This document shows, in pieces, positions 44,285 through 53,251 of a stretch of DNA of 64,000 bases. The position numbers and the translations under genes are program-made. A model generated the notes under the pieces. That model did not search any database, was not told the origin of the DNA, and saw only the letters and a list, made by a program, of their open reading frames with translations. The stretch spans positions 16,926,001 to 16,990,000 of the forward strand of contig OZ059899.1 of assembly GCA_964057225.1 (NCBI GenBank), given 5' to 3'. This stretch comes from Auanema rhodensis (Eukaryota; Animalia; Nematoda). How positions within the stretch are numbered: the stretch's first letter is position 1; every line of letters begins with the position of its first letter.

Positions 44285-44683
44285 TGTAATATCCTTATGT
44301 TGGATATTAATATTCCATGATTGACCCTTAGATTGATGTGTTGTAAAAGAAACAATAAGATTTGAGGAAGAGAGAAAGATTTATTATAAATAAAAAACAT
44401 TTAAACAATAAACAAATAAAGATAAAGATAAGTCCGCCAACTGAAGATTCAGTTGAATGGCAAGCTTATATAGCGAATGTTATCAGCATTTTCCACGAAA
44501 GGTTATAAGTTGTCAATGACAATTATAACTATCTCAGAAAATGCTGAGGCTGCAAAATATAACTGATAACATAATACACTAAGACAAGAAACTAGAATTA
44601 TAAAATATAAAATATAAAACACAGAATAAAGAAATACATAAAAATTATAGAAAGAATAAAGTAAAGAATTATAAAGTATAACA
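44285..44683 (-). repeat. 3' LTR (399 bp)
   Basis: TGTAATATCC...GTATAACA; identical by eye to 53265-53663. Confidence 0.97.
44380..44385 (-). terminator. Candidate polyadenylation signal AATAAA in the 3' LTR
   Basis: TTTATT on + reads AATAAA on -. It lies downstream of the LTR TATA-like box in element orientation. Confidence 0.5.
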
Positions 44684-44696
44684 TGCTACCGCTCTT
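44684..44696 (-). other. Putative (degenerate) polypurine tract
   Basis: Minus-strand AAGAGCGGTAGCA directly abuts the 3' LTR. It is purine-rich but interrupted by pyrimidines. Confidence 0.55.
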
Positions 44697-44740
44697 GAAG
44701 TCCTGTGTCCTCACAGGTATGCATAAGGTTTCCAAAATTT

Positions 44741-45253
44741 TCATAATGTTGCAGCAAGCTTTTTGATGAGATCCTTATGTACTTTTCTCATCTTTCCTTG
44801 ACTCATTTCCAATTCCACATATGAGTTGTATACGCCTGTAATTTTGAACGGTTCATTATAAGTGGGTCGCAATTTGCCGTGAACCGTCATATCCTTCAAT
44901 AGTACCATTTCACCTATTTCAAATATACGTGATGCTATTCGGTTACTATTATTCAGCCGATTTTGTTGTTCAATTGATTTTAATTGAATTTTTTCTTGAA
45001 TAGAATCCCAGGTATTTTTCCGGTTTTCATTTCTTTCCAATAATTCGTCATCTTCAGGAGAATTTAGATGAGGTTGTCCTGGTAATTGACGGTCCATAGG
45101 TAGTCGTGCGTCTCTTCCAAATAGAGCAATGTATGGGCTGATTCCGGTAGTTGTACTTGGGATTGTATTTAATGCGAATGTGATTTTAGGTAATTGTGAG
45201 GCCCATTGAGAGACACGGTTTTCAGCACAAGTGGATAAACATTCCTGGATGGT
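44741..45253 (-). pseudogene. Integrase C-terminal part, in frame with the polyprotein but separated from it by a premature TGA
   Basis: Translation past the stop gives TIQECLSTCAENRVSQWASQLPKITFALNTIPSTTTGISPYIALFGRDARLPMD..., which is the canonical Gypsy IN continuation. It runs into the 44741-45097 ORF with a GPF-like motif (KLRPTYNEPFKI...VHKDLIK). Confidence 0.92.
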
Positions 45254-45800
45254 TCAATGTAGTCGTTCCACTTGACCGTTTGTATTTTTGTGATATGGCA
45301 GAGAGAAGGTTTGTACAATTCCAAATTCGTTGCACATTAACTTGAATTCTTTAGATATAAAATTTCCTCCATTGTCAGACACGATGCTCACTGGTGGTCC
45401 AAAAATGAAGACGAAATTCGTCAGGAACTTTCGGACTGTTTCTTCGGCATTCTGTGTGCGTAAAGGTATGCTCGTTATCCATTTCGAAAAAGCATCTTGA
45501 ATAGAAAGAATATATTTAAATCCATTAGTGCTAGGGGAAAAAGGTCCTGTCACATCCATATGAATCCTATCAAATGGTTTTTGTGGGGTAACAAACTTTC
45601 CATATGGTTCTCTCGTTGTATCATGTTGATTTATTTTCCTTTTTGCGCATGTCAGGCATTGGCTGACGATCTCTTTCGCATCTTCCATCATATTTGTCCA
45701 ATGGAATCTTCTTGATAATGCTGCATGTGTTCTTTTGATTCCTTGATGCGCTCCAATTCTTGCGTCTTCATGAAAAAGTTTCGCAAGTACTTGATTCAAT
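45254..45800 (-). other. Integrase domain (HHCC zinc finger and DDE core)
   Basis: FHED..AHQG..CLTC; IHMD (D at 45554-6), VSDNG (D at 45374-6), QVER (E at 45266-8); 35 residues lie between the second D and E. Confidence 0.95.
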
Positions 45801-48800
45801 GTCTTTTGTTTTGGAATCATAATCCTTGGAGTAAGATATTGTTTGTTAGGTCGAGCATGCAAAACTCCGTCGATAACAATATATCTATCGCTATTAATCT
45901 GTTTAGGTTGTTCCGTTAACATATCAGCAATAGTTTCCTTAATCCATGGTGTTCCTTGTTGTAACTGAATTAGTTTGTCGGTATCCAGAGTTTCCACATT
46001 GGTTACATTTATGAGATAGTTGATGGTTTCTTGGATATCCGTTAAACTTGTTGTTGGCGTTGTCTTCTGTAGCTTCGGTTTAGGACCATCGTTAGCTTCG
46101 TTGCCTATGTATCTGGATAGTGCATCACATACACTATTCATACGTCCTGGACAGTACATAATCACAATATCATATTCCTGGATCATTAACTGATATTTCG
46201 CTAGTCTTCCAATAAGATCTCTTCTACTCATTAGACTGGTTAGTGGTCGATGATCCGTTATTAGCTTAGTTGACGTGCCTAAAACATATGTGCGAAATTG
46301 TTGTAATGCGTAGACGAGTGCCAAAGCTTCTAATTCGATAGGTGGGTATTCTCTTTCTGTAGGTGAGAGCTTCCTACTTGCGAACGCAACAGGGTGTAAT
46401 CTATTTCCTGTATCTTGTAGTAAGACTGCTCCAATTGCAATAGTACTAGCGTCACTTTCAATAACAAAAGGTGCTCCATTTGTTGGTGGCTTCAGAACTG
46501 GTGCTGTGCATAGAGCTTTCTTGAGAGTCTCGAATGCTTTTTCACGTTCTTCCGTCCATTCGAAATCTTGATCCTTGTGTGTGAGTTGATACAACGGTTC
46601 GGCTATTTTGGCGTAGTCTCTGATGAATCGCCGAAAATAATTTGTCATTCCAAGGAATGAACGAATAGCGGTGACCGTTTTAGGAGTTGAAAATTTCTTA
46701 ACGGCTGTAATTTTTGATGGATCAGGTTGTATTCCATCGCGACCAATTATAAATCCAAGAAATTTAACTTGTGTAGCTGCAAATTTGCATTTACTTAGTT
46801 TTGCTTTCATTCCTAATCCTTGTAAAGCTTGTAACACTTCTTCTATATCCTCCAGATGTTGTTCAGCTGTGTTTGATATAATGAGTAGATCATCCAGATA
46901 AACAAAAAGTCGACATTTTACTTGATTTTGCAAATAGCGAACAGCTGATTGAAATGTATGTGGAGCTCCACAGAGACCCATCGGCATTCTGCAATATTGA
47001 TAAACTCCTGATGAGGTCACAAATGCAGTGAGGTGACGGTCTTCTTCACGTAAAGGAATTTGAAAAAATCCCGATACGAGATCGATGTTTGTGAAGTATC
47101 GAGCTCCTGCAGTGCTGTCGATTATTTCTGGTATATGAAGAATAGAATAAGTCTGTTTCTGTGTGACACTATTGAGTGCACGGAAGTCCGTTACAAAGCG
47201 GAATGAGTTGTCTTTCTTCTTGACTAAGACGACTGGACTTGTAAAACTTGATGTTGATGTTTCTATTACTCCTTGGTCCAGCATTTCTTTTACTTGACGT
47301 TCAACTTCATCCTGTTTACCCAAAGGAACTCGATATGATCGAGATTTGGGCAGGTCCATATCGGTTCTCAAAGTGATTGAATGTTCTATTGGTCCTTTGA
47401 ATAATCCAATGTTCCGATCTTCGTTAAAAAAAGCATTTTTGAATCTTCTCAACATAGTTTTGAGATTTTGACGTTGATTTTTAGATAGATCCGTTGATTC
47501 GAATTTTAAGTTATCGAAAGGATTCTTCTCAAAAATAGGCAATTTATCTGACCAATCAGCTTCTGGTGGAATATAGTCCGGTATATGTGGGATTCCAATT
47601 TCTTCTGGTATTTTTCCTTTTCCAATAATGGTGTTTCCTGTTAACTTCACCTCATAATTTGCTGTATTGATGGCGAATATTGTGAGTGGTGAAGTCTTGA
47701 TAGCAGTAGGTGTGAATTGAATAGGTCCATTTCCACATCGTATAAGAGCGTATTGTTTTGGTTGTAGTTCTTTTGCCAATTGTAGACGAATCATAGCTTT
47801 AGTTCGGGGTGGAATAATAGATTCTCTAATGTTTATAATTGAAACGGTGTCTGAACTGATGCGAAAGCTCTTCTGGTTAGCGGATAATAATGGTAGAAAA
47901 TGGTTTCCAACTATTAATTGCTTGCGTAGAGCTTGTAGAGAAGTTGTTATTCCTTTTTCTTCTAATGCTTTCATGATGTCCAAACCAAGTAACATTTCAG
48001 TAGGACAATGTTTATCCTCAGAGATTAAAAATGTGTGTGAAAGATGGTATCCAGCAATAACAATGTCCAACGTTATTGTACCCAGAAAGTTGAATATTGA
48101 TCCATTTGCTGCGGTGGCAGAGATTTTAGTTGAGTTGAAATTCTCTTTTCCTAAATAGCGTACTGATGATTCCTTCAAATATGAAACAGATGCTCCGCTA
48201 TCCCATAAAGCTACGAGTCCTCTGCCTTCTGCTTCAATTCTTATATATGGGAGTTCTCTTTTGTTCGTTGCACAGCATCCAACAAAAGGTATAATAATAG
48301 GAATAAAAGTGATGACAGTAGGAAAATATCTTCGAATAGTTTCGTCGTCGGCTGGAACATCGATGTCAGCGTTGAGTAGTTCGTGTTGTTCAACTGCATT
48401 CACATTTAAGATAGGAACTTTCTCTTTGATATAAGATACAACAATAATGTATAATGCTGATCCAAAGATTAATATAACTATCATAACACCTGCAGAGATA
48501 AACATTCTGTTGAGGGATCCAGCAAAGAAATCAACTCCTCGTTCCCATAGTGATGATGCAATATTTTGAGTAGAACTAAAAAGTTCGTTACTTTTTGTAA
48601 ACCATTCTGATAAGCCTGGCAAATTCGCTTGATTCGTGATAACTCGTAGAAAATTTCTATGAGGATTGGTAGCGAAAATGTGTCCATATGTTAAGCTTAT
48701 TGTTCTAACTAAGTTTTCATCGGTGATATTTTCATAAAGATTTCTTTGTGAAAATCGAATGGCTGCTAGATCGGGATACTGATCTGAACCAATGTTTAAA

Positions 48801-51800
48801 GCAGTTACGTTTGTAACTCCGTTGAGGGATTTCCATTCTCCATCCTCTTTCCATATATCATTTTCTACTGTTTCACATGGAATTTCAGTTCCATATGCTT
48901 CCAAATCTGCTGAATCTTGAGGTGCAAAGTAGAGGCGGTCATCATCCGTGATGACGGGTGTTTCTAAATAACACTTATCTTTGTATGTGTGGTTGCGATA
49001 AATGTGAATTGGTTCTATTGGCTGACAGGTTGAAACCCGAATAAGATTCCGTCCAATTATTCGAGCCACTACATCATCTCGTTGCATAATAGATCGGATA
49101 GCAATCGTAGGATTGATATTAAATATAGCTTGCCATGTCTTAATAAGTTCAAGTTGAGCATGACATATGCTGTGATGTTGATGATGAAATTCTTCGACCA
49201 GTATGGTTCTCATTCGTTCAAATCCATAGTTGAGTTTGTTGATGGTAGTTAATGCATCTCGATGTCGAAGTATAGTATTCTGGTGATCAGTTAAGTGAGT
49301 GCCGAATAATTCTTGAGCTTTCTCTATGCTTCCAATCATGGGTTGCATTGATGTCATCCCTTGAATAGTACTAATTGTTTGTTTTGTAGTAGATGATGTA
49401 TTTACAACAGGTTTTGAGGTAGCACTAAGAAATCGTGCAGTTGGCGTAGTTTTAGTGGTGATAGAGCGACTGAATACTCTTTTTGTAATCTCTTCAGGTG
49501 CTGGTTTTGAAAACCATGACATTAAATCAGTTAATTGTTTAGCGTCAATATTGATGTTACGGCTGTAGAGATCTTCTTTATTCGAAGGCATCGGTATTCC
49601 AAAATTGGTTTCTCGGTTTCTGAGTGTCCAGTTATCCAACAGCTTTAATTTCATTTCATATACTTGATCTTTCACTTGTCGTTGCATAAAATGACTATGA
49701 AAGAACAGTTTCATTCGATAATATTCTATCAGTTGAGGTTGAGAATACTGATAGCGTAGTTCACGAAGTAATTCTTTTGCTTTATATACCACAGAACGTG
49801 GATCTCCAAATGTGAAGTTGAGATGGTTTTGATATACTGTGAATATCAAAAATTCGAGTGGTGGCACATATTCTGTTTCGGATAAGATTGCAGGTATTTG
49901 TATCAATTCCCATAATTTATCTCTTGCAACCGAAATTGTAGAATTGCCTGGTTTAACTATTCTTTTTATATAATTGATAGGAAGTCGGTGTGCTAGTTGA
50001 CCGATGACAAAACTAGGCTCCATTTGTTCGATCCACATTTTTGTAATCATCTTGCTTTCTTCTCCTCCTAGAGCATGTAGTAAGAGAATATTCGGATCGC
50101 GGAAGTCTTTTAAATTTGCCCAGTAATCTATAGTATGATCAGTAATGTTCAAAATATGGACAGCTGACAGCAAAAATTGATGATATCGAGCAATAACAGT
50201 CAGGTTCTGATATTCGTTGCTAACTGATTGATAGTGATACCAGTTATGAATATATCGTATGGTATTTCCGCCAGACGTGACAGTATATCTAGCAAACGGT
50301 AGATCCAATATTTGAATAGGAGTTAACTTATATTCCATTTCTGAGCGAAATGACGCAATTAAGGATGAATTTGTTGAACGTTTATAGCGTTGGCGTGAAG
50401 GATCCATTTGATTATCCAAATAACTTGTTAGATCCAGTAGAGAATATGCATGCGGATAATCAATAAACGAGACAAGAGTCTCAGTAGTGGATTCAAAAAT
50501 TGGTGAAGAAAAACAAGATTGAGTTGTAGTAGATGCTGAGGTGTTGGCTAAGACAAGTGCTGTTTCTAGACTTGATATTAGCAGTGTTTGATCTCCAAGT
50601 ATTCCATACAGAGGTCCAATACGTGTGTATTGGCATGGTGCTCGGGGTGTGGGTGGTTTCCAAACTACTGAACCATCTCCAAATGTACAGCTTCCCATTT
50701 GAGCTTTACAGCCTTCGGCGTTGACAATTAAGTCAGATACAATAGTATTGTCCTTTAAATTTGTAATAACTCCTCGCTCCATCACAAATTGAGTTAAGTT
50801 GGCGCATTGAGTAAAACTGAAGAAACGTTCCGGTTCATATACTGGCTTAGGAGCTTCATATGTAAGTGGATTAGCGCTCAACAGTTTTTCATTTTTCCAT
50901 TTCTTGTCTCGAGCAGCTATACGGCATTCTTCTACAGATACATATCCATTACCAATGATGGTGTCATTGCTTTCTCGGAACCAAAATTGATCCGTTACAC
51001 ATAATCGATAGATGCGTGTATAACATTTCCACGCTTCCCATGTTACGACGGTTTGTTTAGGAATGAACAATTCAACGTTAACTTGATGAGCTTGTTGAAT
51101 TGCTTTCCGTTGGCATCCTGTTATCTCTGGTGGTGTCATCAGAATTCCTCCTTTATGAGCTAAACATAGTTGATATGAAGCATTCACAGTGGGAAGCAGA
51201 AATGTGCAGATTATTGTTGTGAGCAGGAATGGTAATGCAATAGTATTTATATTGAATCGAGGTTTCCATCGTCGTTGATTGCCTTGATTCTCTCTTGGAT
51301 AATTGTCGCGATTATTCCTGGCAAAGTTGTCTCGATTTTCTCTTTGATAATTGTTGCGAGGTTCTCTCGAATGGTGATTACTCTCCATTGAGTAGTTGTT
51401 TCCATAATTTTGTCGAGGGCCAGAGTTCCTGCTGAATTTATTTTTGAAATTCTTCCAAGGGTTTCTTGAATTGTTGCCATTGTTCCGTTCGAAATCTCGT
51501 GGCTGCTGATGGTTCCTTTGGTTCCTATTTTCCTTCATGGTGATCTTTTGAACTGCAGAGATCAACTCTTGCATAGTTGAGTTTTCTTCATGCTGTTTTT
51601 TATAGTTAGCACGAATTGCTTCTTCAAAACGTGCTGTCCTTTTTGCTTCCTCATAAGTCTTCGGATCTTTTCCTTGAACAATTATGCCTAAATCAGCGTT
51701 CAATCCATTTAAGAAAGCTGATCTTAATATGAGCTCTCTTTCTCGATCAGTTGGGCTCATAATACTGGAAGCCATTTCTTCCAAGTATGAGGCAAACTGA

Positions 51801-52267
51801 GTAACAGTTTTCTCTCCTTGCGTCGAGCGTAGCAACTTCGCGATCGTGAAATTCCTTTCCGTGGCAGGGCAAAGTAACTCTGCCAATTGTGAAACAAGGT
51901 CTTTCCAAGGTCCTCGTTCACGAATTTCGGAAGGAATCGAGTTATATGCAGAGATCGCAGAATCATTCTGCTGAAGCAGCAGAGGAAGAAGAAAAATTCT
52001 TTCAATTACAGAAAGTCCCGCAGCATTCGCGAATCGGTTAAATATATCGATGTACGATCGAAAGCTTCGGCTACCATCGTATTTGGGGCAGTGTGGACTG
52101 CCTAGAACTTTTGTTAAGTTTTTGGTCAACTCTGGAGATGCCATTAAATTAGGCGTTTCCAGAGTTGAATCTCTGTTTGATTGCTCATGTGGTCTCATGT
52201 TGAGTAGGAGCTTCAGAGGTAGTTTTTCGCGCTGGGGAGTTTTTTCTTTTTTCGGTGTTACAGCCAA
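45254..52267 (-). CDS. Gag-Env-Pro-Pol polyprotein (2337 aa as called from a TTG; frame is open from 52444; first ATG at 52198; candidate ACG start at 52426; would extend to 44741 without the TGA)
   Basis: Gag CA-like PKYDG and LRSAFLNGL; signal peptide and TM-bounded glycoprotein; protease WDSGAS..LLGLD; RT SPVVLVKK, FVTDFRALN, DLVSGFFQI, MPMGL, YLDD; RNase H ESDAS, ELEALA, TDHRPL, DALSR; IN H-H-C-C and D,D(35)E. Confidence 0.95.
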   Translation of the reverse strand: MAVTPKKEKTPQREKLPLKLLLNMRPHEQSNRDSTLETPNLMASPELTKNLTKVLGSPHCPKYDGSRSFRSYIDIFNRFANAAGLSVIERIFLLPLLLQQNDSAISAYNSIPSEIRERGPWKDLVSQLAELLCPATERNFTIAKLLRSTQGEKTVTQFASYLEEMASSIMSPTDRERELILRSAFLNGLNADLGIIVQGKDPKTYEEAKRTARFEEAIRANYKKQHEENSTMQELISAVQKITMKENRNQRNHQQPRDFERNNGNNSRNPWKNFKNKFSRNSGPRQNYGNNYSMESNHHSREPRNNYQRENRDNFARNNRDNYPRENQGNQRRWKPRFNINTIALPFLLTTIICTFLLPTVNASYQLCLAHKGGILMTPPEITGCQRKAIQQAHQVNVELFIPKQTVVTWEAWKCYTRIYRLCVTDQFWFRESNDTIIGNGYVSVEECRIAARDKKWKNEKLLSANPLTYEAPKPVYEPERFFSFTQCANLTQFVMERGVITNLKDNTIVSDLIVNAEGCKAQMGSCTFGDGSVVWKPPTPRAPCQYTRIGPLYGILGDQTLLISSLETALVLANTSASTTTQSCFSSPIFESTTETLVSFIDYPHAYSLLDLTSYLDNQMDPSRQRYKRSTNSSLIASFRSEMEYKLTPIQILDLPFARYTVTSGGNTIRYIHNWYHYQSVSNEYQNLTVIARYHQFLLSAVHILNITDHTIDYWANLKDFRDPNILLLHALGGEESKMITKMWIEQMEPSFVIGQLAHRLPINYIKRIVKPGNSTISVARDKLWELIQIPAILSETEYVPPLEFLIFTVYQNHLNFTFGDPRSVVYKAKELLRELRYQYSQPQLIEYYRMKLFFHSHFMQRQVKDQVYEMKLKLLDNWTLRNRETNFGIPMPSNKEDLYSRNINIDAKQLTDLMSWFSKPAPEEITKRVFSRSITTKTTPTARFLSATSKPVVNTSSTTKQTISTIQGMTSMQPMIGSIEKAQELFGTHLTDHQNTILRHRDALTTINKLNYGFERMRTILVEEFHHQHHSICHAQLELIKTWQAIFNINPTIAIRSIMQRDDVVARIIGRNLIRVSTCQPIEPIHIYRNHTYKDKCYLETPVITDDDRLYFAPQDSADLEAYGTEIPCETVENDIWKEDGEWKSLNGVTNVTALNIGSDQYPDLAAIRFSQRNLYENITDENLVRTISLTYGHIFATNPHRNFLRVITNQANLPGLSEWFTKSNELFSSTQNIASSLWERGVDFFAGSLNRMFISAGVMIVILIFGSALYIIVVSYIKEKVPILNVNAVEQHELLNADIDVPADDETIRRYFPTVITFIPIIIPFVGCCATNKRELPYIRIEAEGRGLVALWDSGASVSYLKESSVRYLGKENFNSTKISATAANGSIFNFLGTITLDIVIAGYHLSHTFLISEDKHCPTEMLLGLDIMKALEEKGITTSLQALRKQLIVGNHFLPLLSANQKSFRISSDTVSIINIRESIIPPRTKAMIRLQLAKELQPKQYALIRCGNGPIQFTPTAIKTSPLTIFAINTANYEVKLTGNTIIGKGKIPEEIGIPHIPDYIPPEADWSDKLPIFEKNPFDNLKFESTDLSKNQRQNLKTMLRRFKNAFFNEDRNIGLFKGPIEHSITLRTDMDLPKSRSYRVPLGKQDEVERQVKEMLDQGVIETSTSSFTSPVVLVKKKDNSFRFVTDFRALNSVTQKQTYSILHIPEIIDSTAGARYFTNIDLVSGFFQIPLREEDRHLTAFVTSSGVYQYCRMPMGLCGAPHTFQSAVRYLQNQVKCRLFVYLDDLLIISNTAEQHLEDIEEVLQALQGLGMKAKLSKCKFAATQVKFLGFIIGRDGIQPDPSKITAVKKFSTPKTVTAIRSFLGMTNYFRRFIRDYAKIAEPLYQLTHKDQDFEWTEEREKAFETLKKALCTAPVLKPPTNGAPFVIESDASTIAIGAVLLQDTGNRLHPVAFASRKLSPTEREYPPIELEALALVYALQQFRTYVLGTSTKLITDHRPLTSLMSRRDLIGRLAKYQLMIQEYDIVIMYCPGRMNSVCDALSRYIGNEANDGPKPKLQKTTPTTSLTDIQETINYLINVTNVETLDTDKLIQLQQGTPWIKETIADMLTEQPKQINSDRYIVIDGVLHARPNKQYLTPRIMIPKQKTLNQVLAKLFHEDARIGAHQGIKRTHAALSRRFHWTNMMEDAKEIVSQCLTCAKRKINQHDTTREPYGKFVTPQKPFDRIHMDVTGPFSPSTNGFKYILSIQDAFSKWITSIPLRTQNAEETVRKFLTNFVFIFGPPVSIVSDNGGNFISKEFKLMCNEFGIVQTFSLPYHKNTNGQVERLH
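46110..46480 (-). other. RNase H domain (Ty3/Gypsy type)
   Basis: FVIESDASTIAIGAVLLQ, PVAFASRKL, ELEALALVYAL, ITDHRPL, CDALSR. Confidence 0.93.
46700..47350 (-). other. Reverse transcriptase domain
   Basis: YRVP..EMLDQGVI..SPVVLVKKKD..FRFVTDFRALN..DLVSGFFQI..TAF..MPMGL..VYLDD (46889-46900)..KCKF..FLG. Confidence 0.97.
47960..48250 (-). other. Retropepsin aspartic protease domain
   Basis: LPYIRIEAEGRGLVALWDSGASVSYL (catalytic D at 48200-2), ATAANGS, MLLGLDIM. Confidence 0.92.
48428..51241 (-). other. Envelope glycoprotein domain, class III fusion-protein-like (aa ~343-1280 of the ORF)
   Basis: Hydrophobic signal IALPFLLTTIICTFLLPTVNA|SYQLC; Cys-rich ectodomain with more than 10 N-x-S/T sequons; furin-type RYKR (50378-50389); gB-like block C..Q....W....NP..I.......ARIIG....VSTC...CY..P...C (48850-49200); C-terminal TM MFISAGVMIVILIFGSALYIIVVSYI (48428-48505). 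Confidence 0.85.
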
Positions 52268-52426
52268 GTGTGTTGGCGTTTTTTCGTCGTCCGATGGACT
52301 TAAATCGTTGTCAAACGAGTCGTCACTATCGGGAAAAGGAAATCGAGAAATACGATTTCTCTTGTCTCTTAATCTTTGAGAGGTACGGAAAGGCGTATCC
52401 GTATAATTATTCTTGGAGGTTGCCGT
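51245..52426 (-). other. Gag domain (capsid-like core plus Asn/Arg-rich C-terminus; no CCHC knuckle)
   Basis: CPKYDGSRSFRSYIDIF..., QGEKTVTQFASYL, AFLNGL, PKTYEEAKRTA are typical Gypsy capsid motifs. Confidence 0.85.
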
Positions 52427-53251
52427 TTTGGAAAAGGAGGAAAGTCAGAACAATCTACAATGTAAAATAGTGGAATAAGTTAGTAAACAAGATAAGAATA
52501 TGAATAGTTAATAGTGAATAAATTAGTGAATAACGTGAAAAAAAAAATCAAAGAAAAAAAAAGATATATAATAATATGGGTTGAAGATTAATTAATTAAT
52601 GAACTCATACAAAAACAAACTATAGAGAGGAAAAAAAAAAGTGAATATAATTAATTGTTAAGATGATGATAGGATATGATTATGTGACAATGTGATTCAT
52701 AAATTAGAGAAGTGAGTATGGCGGACAAATCAAAATCTCAATTGTTACTGAATAACAATGAATTACCAAACAAGGCATCTTTCAAATTCCAAAGTCTTTG
52801 TTTCAACTTGAATCAACAATCAAAAAATTATGAGAGGAAGGTTTAAATTCAAATATGACAAATGATACAGCGGATGTTATTTTCTTACAGTGGCCATTCT
52901 GTTAGTACAAACTTGTAATCTTTATCAAAAATATCGCAAATTGACTTTATTAAGGTCCAATTTTGCTTATATCAAACAGCTTTTCCATTTCCAAAAAATA
53001 TATATTTTTCGCCACAATGAAAAATCAAAAGTACAACTGCGCAGAAACAAAAAGAAATCGAAAAGTTGGCCAATTCAGTATCTCACCCTTGCGCAAAATA
53101 TCAACCCTGTTTATTAAAAAAATGAGTGAGACCCTTCGTACTGAATTGGAAAGAGAGGTGGTAGCCCAGGGAAATAGCTCAAAAAAATTCTCTTTAACTG
53201 AATGATAATTCATAATTTAATCGAGTTCGAAAAATCGTAAAAAGATTCTAA

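Noticed and set aside
44741-45097. 118-aa ORF as an independent accessory gene
   Set aside because: It is in frame with the polyprotein and encodes the integrase C-terminus downstream of the premature stop.
45497-52470. Antisense and alternative-frame ORFs overlapping the polyprotein
   Set aside because: These are short shadow ORFs expected by chance, with no motifs.
52890-53213. Small ORFs in the 5' leader (including + strand ATG ORF 53017-53205)
   Set aside because: They are short, overlap in several frames and show no recognisable motif. An accessory peptide cannot be excluded without conservation data.
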